A stretch of DNA of 64,000 nt, from the NCBI GenBank assembly GCA_947259215.1, contig CAMYLJ010000008.1, positions 153,256 to 217,255 on the forward strand, given 5' to 3'. Positions 57,140 to 64,000 of this stretch are shown here, one piece after another. Under the pieces are notes generated by a model. The model saw only the letters and a list, made by a program, of their open reading frames with translations, was not told the origin of the DNA and made no database searches. The stretch is from an uncultured delta proteobacterium (GTDB lineage: Bacteria; Myxococcota_A; UBA9160; JAFDET01). Each line of letters begins with the position of its first letter. The first letter of the stretch is position 1. The position numbers were made by a program, and so were the translations under genes.

Positions 57140-58396
57140 ATGCGATTCCGGATTCGCTCCGCCGCGCTGCTCGTGCTCGCTGCGCTCGGCTTCCCGGGCT
57201 GCGGTCCCGAGCCCCGCCGGCTGAGCTTGCCCCCGGAGCGCATCCTGCTCGTCGTGATCGACACGCTGCGACGCGATCATGTGGCGGCCTACGGAGCCAG
57301 CACGCGCACGCCCCACCTCGACGCACTGGCGGAGCGCGGGCAGGTGTTCGAGAACGCCTTCTCGTCGTTCCATCAGACCACCATGTCGATGGCGGCGCTC
57401 TTCACCGGGAGGACGCCGAGTCTCGACCGCGGCGTCGGGAGGGAGCGGGTCGACTACACGGGTCGTAGCTGGTGCGGGATGCTGCGCTTCGGGGGAAGCG
57501 AGGACCCGGGCGATTGCATTCCCGAGTCGCTTCCCACCCTCGCCGGCCGGCTGCGAGAGGCGGGCTACTGGACGCTCGGGATCGCCAGCAACCTGCTGCT
57601 GCATCGGCCAGGCGGCTACGAGCGCGGCTTCGACCTCTGGTTCGAGATGTCCGATCCCGCCCCGACTGCGCCGGAGACGAACCTGGCTCTGCGACGCGCC
57701 CTCCGCGAGAGGCTGCACGACAAGCTCTTCCTCTACGTGCACTACATGGACGTGCACGACTACGCGCGCAGAGACCATGCCTACGCCAGCAGCGTGGAGG
57801 TGGCCGACCAGGGTGTGGGTCAGCTGCTCGACATCCTGGATCGGGAGGGCCTGCTCGACGGGACGCTGGTCGTCGTGACCTCCGACCACGGGGAGCGGCT
57901 CGCCGAGCAGAACTTCGTCGAGGGCGTGGAGGGCCACAACGGCAACCCGAGCTTCGACTCGCTCCTGAAGGTTCCGCTGATCGTCTCGCCCCCGGTCTTC
58001 GACGATCCGGACGCCGTCGTGCGCACGGACGACCTCCACCGCATGATCCTGCAGGTGGCGGGCGCGGAGCCGGGTCCCGCGCCCGATCTCGCGCCCGGTG
58101 AGGTCTTCCTGAGCGAGCTCCAGTACCAGACCTACCGGAAGGGGCGTTGGAAGAGCTACCGCGATCGGCGCACGGGCCAGGTCCACCTGGTGGACCTGGA
58201 GGCGGACCCGGGCGAGACGCGGGACGTGGCGTCCCGCCAGCCGGACGTCGTCGCGACGCACGAGCAGCGCATCGACGAGCTCGCCGCGCGGCTCGGGACC
58301 GATGCGCCCGCGATGGAGCTGTCGCAGGGGGACCGCGAGCGTCTCGACGCCCTGGGCTACATCCGCATGCGGCGACTCGGCGATGGGCCCCGCTAG
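57140..58396 (+). CDS. sulfatase-like hydrolase/transferase, paralogue of 53548..54981; exported (signal peptide ending ..GFPGC)
   Basis: 418 aa from ATG 57140. LLVVIDTLRRDHV. T-T-M-S-M-A-A-L-F-T-G aligns with the C-T-P-S-R-x-x-L-x-T-G sulfatase signature, with Thr replacing Cys and no Pro/Arg. SDHGE. Shares the C-terminal L..LGY motif with the paralogue. Confidence 0.8.
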   Translation: MRFRIRSAALLVLAALGFPGCGPEPRRLSLPPERILLVVIDTLRRDHVAAYGASTRTPHLDALAERGQVFENAFSSFHQTTMSMAALFTGRTPSLDRGVGRERVDYTGRSWCGMLRFGGSEDPGDCIPESLPTLAGRLREAGYWTLGIASNLLLHRPGGYERGFDLWFEMSDPAPTAPETNLALRRALRERLHDKLFLYVHYMDVHDYARRDHAYASSVEVADQGVGQLLDILDREGLLDGTLVVVTSDHGERLAEQNFVEGVEGHNGNPSFDSLLKVPLIVSPPVFDDPDAVVRTDDLHRMILQVAGAEPGPAPDLAPGEVFLSELQYQTYRKGRWKSYRDRRTGQVHLVDLEADPGETRDVASRQPDVVATHEQRIDELAARLGTDAPAMELSQGDRERLDALGYIRMRRLGDGPR

Positions 58397-58417
58397 GCGA
58401 GCGGAGCGAGGGCTGAG

Positions 58418-60193
58418 ATGGATCGCATCCCGCGCCCGGAATACCCGCGCCCGCAGCTCGTGCGACCGCGTTGGCGCTGCCTGAACGGCCCCTGGCAGCT
58501 GGCCTTCGATGCTTCCGATCGCGGCCTGCGCGACGGCTGGGAGTGCGGGCGGCCCTTCGAGCAGCGGATCCAGGTCCCCTATCCGGTCGGGGCGCCGCTC
58601 TCCGGTGTGAGCGCGCCCGAGCCGCCGGCGCGGGTCTGGTACCGGCGGGAGCTGGACGTCCGGGCGGACGAGCTGGGCCCGCGGACCCGCCTGCACGTCG
58701 GGGCGTGCGACTTCGAGACGCACGTCTTCGTGAACGGCCGCGACGTCGGGCGCCACCGGGGCGGCTACACGCCCGTCGTGTGCGAGGCGGGCCACGCCCT
58801 GCACGCTGGCAGCAACGAGATCGTGCTGCGCGTCGAGGACCGCGACACCTGGACGCAGCCGCGGGGCAAGCAGGCCGCCGGCGCGTTCCGGACTCCCGTG
58901 GACTACGACCCCGTGGTCGGCGTCTGGCAGAGCGTGTGGCTCGAGCCGCTGCCGGAGGTGTCGATCGACGAGGTCTGGACCCGCTGGTCTGCCGCCTCGG
59001 GGGAGCTCGCGGTGCACGTGGCCTTCTCCGAGCCCTGGAGCGGCGAGGTGGAGGTGGCGCTCTTCGACGGCGAGTCCGAGCTGGCCCGAGAGCGGGGCGC
59101 CGGGCTCGGACGCCCGGAGGCGCGGGTGCCGCTGCGCCTGTCCGGGCCGCGCCTCTGGTCCCCGTCCGACCCGCATCTCCACGCGCTCGAGGTGACCTTG
59201 CTGGCGGACGGCCGCGAAGCCGACCGCGTGACGAGCCCCTGCGGCGTGCGCGAGGTCGGCTGTGACGGCGGCCGCGTGCTGCTGAACGGTGCGCCGCTCT
59301 ACCTGCGCGGCGTCCTCGACCAGGGCTACTTCCCCGGCGGCTGGTACGCGGCGGCGAGCGACGGCGACCTGCGCCGCGACGTCGAGCTGGTGCGGTCTCT
59401 CGGCTTCAACTGCGCCCGCAAGCACCAGAAGCTCGAGGATCCGCGCTGGCTGCACTGGGCCGATCGGCTCGGGCTGCTGGTCTGGAGCGAGATGCCGAGC
59501 GGCCGCGACTTCACCACGGCGCTCGTGAGCGACCTGGCCCGCGAGTGGACCGAGGCCGTGCGCCGCGACCGCGCACACGCCTGCATCGTGGCCTGGGTGC
59601 CCTTCAACGAGTCCTGGGGCGCCTGGAACCAGGCGGGTCGGCCCGAGGAGCGCGCCTTCGTGGAGGGTGTGGCGGGCCTGACCCGGGCCCTGGATCCGAC
59701 CCGTCTCGTCGTGGCCAACGACGGCTGGGAGTACGCGGCGGGCGACCTCTGGACCCTGCATCTCTACGAGGGAGAGAGCGAGGGCGTCCGCGAGCGGCTG
59801 GCCGCGCTGCTGGCCGACCCCCACGCCGCCGTGCTGCCCCAGGGCCACCTGCTCGGCGAACGCGTGGCGGCCCTGCCGGGCGCGGACGTCTCCGGCCTGC
59901 CAGTGCTGCTGACCGAGTGCGGCGGCATCGGCTTCGCGTCCGTCGACACCCCCGCCCCGGGCGAGCCTGCGTTCGCCTACGGCGCGCTGCCGAAGACGGA
60001 GGCGGAGCTCGAGGTCCGCATCCGCGCAGCGGCCGAGATCGTGACGAGCTGCCAGGAGCTGGCGGGGTTCGTCTGGACCCAGCTCAGCGACGTGCAGCAG
60101 GAGATCAACGGTCTCGTGAGCTTCGAGCGACGGCCCAAGCTGCCCGTGGAGCGCCTGGCGGCGATCTTCCGCCGCATCGGCGCGTCCGGCTGA
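58418..60193 (+). CDS. glycoside hydrolase family 2-like (sugar-binding, Ig-like and TIM-barrel domains), cytoplasmic
   Basis: 591 aa. N-terminus RPEYPRPQLVR..LNGPWQLAFD. GAPLYLRGV. Acid/base candidate WVPFNESWG, nucleophile candidate LLTECGGIG. Confidence 0.75.
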   Translation: MDRIPRPEYPRPQLVRPRWRCLNGPWQLAFDASDRGLRDGWECGRPFEQRIQVPYPVGAPLSGVSAPEPPARVWYRRELDVRADELGPRTRLHVGACDFETHVFVNGRDVGRHRGGYTPVVCEAGHALHAGSNEIVLRVEDRDTWTQPRGKQAAGAFRTPVDYDPVVGVWQSVWLEPLPEVSIDEVWTRWSAASGELAVHVAFSEPWSGEVEVALFDGESELARERGAGLGRPEARVPLRLSGPRLWSPSDPHLHALEVTLLADGREADRVTSPCGVREVGCDGGRVLLNGAPLYLRGVLDQGYFPGGWYAAASDGDLRRDVELVRSLGFNCARKHQKLEDPRWLHWADRLGLLVWSEMPSGRDFTTALVSDLAREWTEAVRRDRAHACIVAWVPFNESWGAWNQAGRPEERAFVEGVAGLTRALDPTRLVVANDGWEYAAGDLWTLHLYEGESEGVRERLAALLADPHAAVLPQGHLLGERVAALPGADVSGLPVLLTECGGIGFASVDTPAPGEPAFAYGALPKTEAELEVRIRAAAEIVTSCQELAGFVWTQLSDVQQEINGLVSFERRPKLPVERLAAIFRRIGASG

Positions 60194-60276
60194 ACGGCAC
60201 GCCGCTCCCTCGCATCGCGGCGATCCGGCTGGGGGCGCCAGGGGCGGGAAGAGGCGTGCGGGGGCCTGGCGGAGGT

Positions 60277-61272
60277 TCAGCGCAGGAGCCCGGCGCCCAC
60301 CACCGCCAGGCCCAGCGCCACGAAGAGCGCCAGCGCGATCGCCAGACCCCGCGCGGCGCTTCGCCGGGCGCGCTCCGCCTCCCACCAGTGGCGTGGCCGC
60401 AGGCCCTTCCACAGGAAGGTCGCCATGGCGGCGAGCAGGATCGCGGCGGCATTGGCCAGCGCCAGCAGCAGGGCCCCGGCGGCCTCCTGCAGCTGGCCCC
60501 CGCTGAGGAGCAGGCCGCTCGCCACCGTCGGAGGCAGCAGCGCCACCGCCACCATCACGCCGACGAGGAAGCTGGCCGAGCCCGTGGCGTAGGCCAGGGT
60601 GCCCGCGCAGCCCGCCGCCAACGCGAGGAGCATGTCGTCCAGACCTGGCTGCGTGCGCAGCGCGATCTCGGGAACGCCGAGGTCCGGCTGCAGGGCGAAC
60701 CCCAGCGCGAACGAGGTCGCGAGCGCCACGCCGAGTCCGACGGCGGCGCTGGCGATCGCATCTCGCGTGAGACGTCCGTCTCCCAGGGTGAGCCCCAGGG
60801 CGAGCGCGATGTTGGGTCCCAGGAGCGGGGCCACCACCATGGCGCCGATCACCGCGGCCACGTTGTTCTGGGTCAGCCCGACGGCGGCGACGACCGCCGC
60901 CAGCGCCGTCAGTGCGACGTAGGTCGAGGTGAGCTGCGCGCCGTCGCTCACGCTGGCGTAGATCTCCTCGCGACTCACGGCCGCCGCGCTGGCGGCGCGC
61001 GAGCGCCCTTCACGCGCCGTGCTCGCCAGCGGTCGCGGGAGCACCGCGTCGAGCGGCAGCACCAGGGCGCGGAAGTCGCCGGCGGTCAGGCGCTCGTGGA
61101 GCAGGTCCATGGCGGCCCCGGTGCGGCCGGCGCCGATCACCGCCGACACGACGGCTCCGAAGGGCCCGCCCTCTTCGCTCCAGAGGTCCTCGCAGGCGGC
61201 CTCGCGCAGCGCCTCCTCGGCGCTCGGGACCAGGTCCGGGGACAGGTGTGCTTCCAGCAGCCGCAACGCCAT
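60277..61272 (-). CDS. DUF389-family integral membrane protein (TIGR00341-like)
   Basis: 331 aa. Soluble N-terminal domain, then 6 TM helices with the characteristic QNNVAAVIGAMVVAPLLGP. Confidence 0.7.
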   Translation of the reverse strand: MALRLLEAHLSPDLVPSAEEALREAACEDLWSEEGGPFGAVVSAVIGAGRTGAAMDLLHERLTAGDFRALVLPLDAVLPRPLASTAREGRSRAASAAAVSREEIYASVSDGAQLTSTYVALTALAAVVAAVGLTQNNVAAVIGAMVVAPLLGPNIALALGLTLGDGRLTRDAIASAAVGLGVALATSFALGFALQPDLGVPEIALRTQPGLDDMLLALAAGCAGTLAYATGSASFLVGVMVAVALLPPTVASGLLLSGGQLQEAAGALLLALANAAAILLAAMATFLWKGLRPRHWWEAERARRSAARGLAIALALFVALGLAVVGAGLLR

Positions 61273-61353
61273 GGTGCGTCTCCTCGCCGACGGGCCGGCG
61301 CGGCCCGCACGCGGCGAGTTTACGCATCCGCGGCCGGGCGCACGAGGAGTGGT

Positions 61354-62841
61354 CTAGAAGCGCGCGATCTCGTACTCGCGGGGCTTGAACTTCCGGGCCC
61401 GCAGGACGTACTCCCAGGCGAAGCCCGGGTAGAGCGCGTGGTTGCTGCCGTCGTCGGAGAGGTACCAGCTGTGGCAGCCGGAGCTCCAGGCCATCCTCGG
61501 CATGCGCTTCTGGATGCCCTGGTTGTAGCGGTCCTGGACGGATTGCTTCACGTCCACGAATTTGAGGTTCTCGGACCGCAGTCTGCGGATGGCCTGGATC
61601 GCGTAGGCGATCTGCGCCTCGCTGTAGACGAGGACCGAGGTGTGTCCGGGCCCGGTGTTGGGGCCCATCAGGATGAACCAGTTCGGGAAGCCGGAGACCG
61701 TGACGCCCTTGTAGGCCACGGCGCCCTCGCTCCAGCAGTCGTCCAGGACGCGGCCGCCGCGGCCCGTCACCGGGAAGGGCGCGCTCGCCAGGCCCAGCGC
61801 GAAGCCGGTGGCGAGGACGATCGCGTCCGCCGGGTGGAGCCTGCCGTCCCGCGTCTGGATGCCCTCGCTGCGGATCTCCTCGATGGGCTCGGTCACCAGC
61901 TCGACGTTGTCGCGCTCGAAGCTCGACCAGAAGTCGTCCGAGATCAGGATGCGTTTGCAGCCGAACTGGAAGTCCGGAGTCAGCTTCGCCCGCAGCTCGG
62001 GATCCGCCACGCTCCTGCGCAGGTGCGCCAGGGAGCCCTTCTCGCCGATGGCCGAGAGCCACGGCGCGTCCAGGAAGACCATGGGTCCGAAGAGCTCGCT
62101 CAGCGCGTACTTGAGGAAGCGGCTGGCCCGCAGCGCCAGGGGGTGACGCGCGTAGAACTGCTTGGCGCGTTCGGAGTAGCGGTGGTCGGGCTTCGGCACG
62201 ACCCAGGCGGGCGTGCGCTGGAAGACGCTGAGCTGTTCGACCTGGCGTGCGAGCGCGGGAACCACCTGCACGGCGCTCGCGCCCGTGCCGATGACGGCGA
62301 CGCGCTTGCCCGTGAGGTCGTAGTCGTGGTTCCAGCGGGCCGTGTGGAAGAGCTCGCCGCGGAAGCTCTGGATGCCCTTGATGTCCGGGAGCGCGGGATC
62401 CACGAGCCCGCCGACCGCCGAGATCACCACCCGCGCCGTAACGGTCTCCCCCGCCTCCGTCGTGAGCGTCCAGACGCCCGCCGCCTCGTCGAAGCGCGCA
62501 TCGACGATCTCCGTGTCCAGGCGCAGGCGGGAGCGGAGCTGCCACTTCTCCACCACGCCGAGCAGGTACTCCTGGATCTCCCAGGACTCGGCGAAGGCAC
62601 GGCTCCAGCGGGGGTTGGGCTCGAAGGAGAAGGAGTAGACGTGGGACGGGACGTCGCAGGCCGCGCCGGGGTAGGTGTTGTCGCGCCAGGTGCCGCCGAT
62701 CTCGCTGGCGCGCTCGAAGATCGTGAAGGAGTCGATGCCGGCCTCGAGCAGCTGGACGGCCATCCCGATCCCGCCGAAGCCGGCGCCGATGATCGCGATG
62801 GGAAAGTCCGGCTGGCTTCGCGGGGGAGCGGCGGGGTCCAT
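61354..62841 (-). CDS. Baeyer-Villiger-type flavin monooxygenase (FAD/NADPH)
   Basis: 495 aa. FAD GxGxxG (IIGAGFGG). BVMO fingerprint FxGxxxHxxxW (FRGELFHTARW). Second dinucleotide site VIGTGASAV. GFPNWF. Confidence 0.85.
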   Translation of the reverse strand: MDPAAPPRSQPDFPIAIIGAGFGGIGMAVQLLEAGIDSFTIFERASEIGGTWRDNTYPGAACDVPSHVYSFSFEPNPRWSRAFAESWEIQEYLLGVVEKWQLRSRLRLDTEIVDARFDEAAGVWTLTTEAGETVTARVVISAVGGLVDPALPDIKGIQSFRGELFHTARWNHDYDLTGKRVAVIGTGASAVQVVPALARQVEQLSVFQRTPAWVVPKPDHRYSERAKQFYARHPLALRASRFLKYALSELFGPMVFLDAPWLSAIGEKGSLAHLRRSVADPELRAKLTPDFQFGCKRILISDDFWSSFERDNVELVTEPIEEIRSEGIQTRDGRLHPADAIVLATGFALGLASAPFPVTGRGGRVLDDCWSEGAVAYKGVTVSGFPNWFILMGPNTGPGHTSVLVYSEAQIAYAIQAIRRLRSENLKFVDVKQSVQDRYNQGIQKRMPRMAWSSGCHSWYLSDDGSNHALYPGFAWEYVLRARKFKPREYEIARF

Positions 62842-62950
62842 CCCCGGTATCTTGACCGCTCCAGACCGGGTCGCAACGTCCGCTGGACCGGCCGTCGCGG
62901 CAGCGCCTTCTCCCGCGACGCAGCCACGCTACATTCCGATCATCTCGCCC

Positions 62951-64000
62951 GTGTCGCCTTCGTCCCTCGAGCATGCTCCGCCCGCAGCGGTCGCCTGGCT
63001 GGCGCGAATCAGCGAGCTGCCGCACGGCGAGGCCACTGCGCTCCCCGGCTGGGATCCCGAGCACGCGCGCGCCGTCGAGGCGGCCCTGGCCGGGGCGGGC
63101 GAACCGAAGCCGCCCCCGGCCCTGGTCGCGCAGCCGGCCGAAGGGCCCGCGGTCCGGATCCACCTCGCCGGTCTCGAAGGGGCCCTGCGCGCCGATCCCG
63201 CGGATCGGGTCTCCCGCGAGCGCGCGCGCTGGCACGCGCGCTGGCTGCTCCACGGGCTCGATCCCGACGATCCCGAACACGCTCCCCTGGTGAGCATCGT
63301 GATCCCGGTCTTCAACGGTGCGGACGTGGTGGTCGACGCCGTGAGGAGCGCCCTCGCGCAGACCTACCCGAGGTTCGAGGTGGTCGTGGTGGACGACGGG
63401 TCGCACGACCATCCCGAGCAGGGGCTGGCAGCCCTGCTGGCCGCGGAGCATCCGCTGCGATTCGTTCGCCAGGACAACGCCGGGCCCGCCGCCGCCCGCA
63501 ACCGCGGGGTCGAGGAGGCGCGGGGCGAGCTGATCCACTTCCTCGACGCCGACGACCTCCTCGAGCCCGAAGCCGTGGCGTGCAAGGTCGCCGCCCTGCG
63601 GAGCGTTCCCGGCGCCGAGCTCTGCTGCAGCGACGCCGAGCCCGTGGGAGGGAAGCCGCGGAAGCGCGGAGACCAGGGCGTCCGGCTCGGCGACCGCCAC
63701 TGCCCCACGCGGGATCTTCTGGCGACCTGGGTTCGCCGCCACCCGTTCCTGACCCCCACCGTGCTGGTTGCGCGCTGGGTGCTGCTCGAGGCGGGCCCGT
63801 GCGACGGGCTGCCGTGGGTCGAGGACGCCTGGCACTGGTTCTTGCTCGCCCGGCGGGGCACGCGGGTCGTCGCCGTCGACCGTCCTCTCACGCGGGTCCG
63901 GATCCGCGAGGACAGCCTCTCCACGTCCGGCGACTACCTGCGGCTCGGGAACGTGATCATCCCCATGATGGCGCTGCTGGAGCTCCTGGATCAGCCCGAG
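62951..64000 (+). CDS. family-2 glycosyltransferase (partial, runs off the right edge; N-terminal extension of unknown function)
   Basis: Frame open from before 62852 to the window end, so it is not in the ORF track. GT-A core from 63290: VSIVIPVFNGADVVVDAVRSALAQTYPRFEVVVVDDGS...NAGPAAARNRG...FLDADD. Start is uncertain (GTG 62951 or TTG 62852). Confidence 0.7.
   Translation, partial: MSPSSLEHAPPAAVAWLARISELPHGEATALPGWDPEHARAVEAALAGAGEPKPPPALVAQPAEGPAVRIHLAGLEGALRADPADRVSRERARWHARWLLHGLDPDDPEHAPLVSIVIPVFNGADVVVDAVRSALAQTYPRFEVVVVDDGSHDHPEQGLAALLAAEHPLRFVRQDNAGPAAARNRGVEEARGELIHFLDADDLLEPEAVACKVAALRSVPGAELCCSDAEPVGGKPRKRGDQGVRLGDRHCPTRDLLATWVRRHPFLTPTVLVARWVLLEAGPCDGLPWVEDAWHWFLLARRGTRVVAVDRPLTRVRIREDSLSTSGDYLRLGNVIIPMMALLELLDQPE

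Noticed and set aside
57008-60412. 1134-aa minus-strand ORF opposite the sulfatase-like and GH2 genes
   Set aside because: Same reasoning: low-complexity Arg/Ala/Gly/Pro composition, while the plus strand carries two proteins with clear catalytic motifs.
61010-63835. 941-aa minus-strand ORF spanning the BVMO and the GT2 region in another frame
   Set aside because: It is out of frame with the convincing BVMO (61354..62841) and is R/G/P-rich. The GT2 motifs on the plus strand explain the right-hand part.

Overview
64-kb segment with about 70 % G+C, from a diderm (Gram-negative-type) bacterium. The diderm call rests on Lnt, an outer-membrane beta-barrel ending in Phe, a PEP-CTERM tail, and Tat/Sec signal peptides. 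I call about 55 protein-coding genes and one tRNA-Arg(UCG). I saw no rRNA, CRISPR array, transposase, integrase or phage genes. Genes are tightly packed, and many pairs overlap by 4 nt (ATGA/GTGA), which suggests translational coupling. Most long R/A/G/P-rich ORFs in the track are antisense or upstream shadows typical of high-GC DNA, and I rejected them. Content from left to right: (1) M19 dipeptidase, LLM/F420-type oxidoreductase, NADP-dependent reductase. (2) A tryptophan-tryptophylquinone (TTQ) amine dehydrogenase cluster in the order heavy chain-MauE-MauD-light chain-monohaem cytochrome c. It runs directly into four coupled enzymes: 2-hydroxyacid dehydrogenase, xylose-isomerase-like TIM barrel, Old-Yellow-Enzyme flavoprotein and a DHDPS-like aldolase. 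(3) Two large secreted proteins of unknown function, a beta-propeller/CXXCH protein, and an ECF sigma/anti-sigma pair. (4) C69 peptidase, a LipA-type lipase with its Lif foldase, DUF4336, tRNA-Arg, an alginate-export-type porin, a carboxylesterase and a PQQ-like propeller protein. (5) A 10-kb signalling block. It holds a CHASE hybrid kinase, a NarL-type regulator lacking the phospho-acceptor Asp, two tandem PilZ + degenerate cNMP-domain paralogues and a REC-GGDEF-EAL protein, and a divergent NarL/His-kinase pair lies next to them. (6) A BBOX/TauD-like dioxygenase, a cyclase, DUF3604 and a serine hydrolase. (7) A small ArsC/Spx-family gene interrupted by an in-frame TGA exactly at the redox-Cys position, with a downstream hairpin. 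This is my best candidate for something overlooked: a selenoprotein. (8) TetR-reductase operon, GFA, a fused membrane/spermidine-synthase-like protein, two Thr-type sulfatase-like enzymes flanking a PEP-CTERM mini-gene and Lnt, then GH2, DUF389, a Baeyer-Villiger monooxygenase and a partial GT2 glycosyltransferase. All function calls come from reading motifs by eye. No database search was possible, so family assignments are hypotheses of varying strength.
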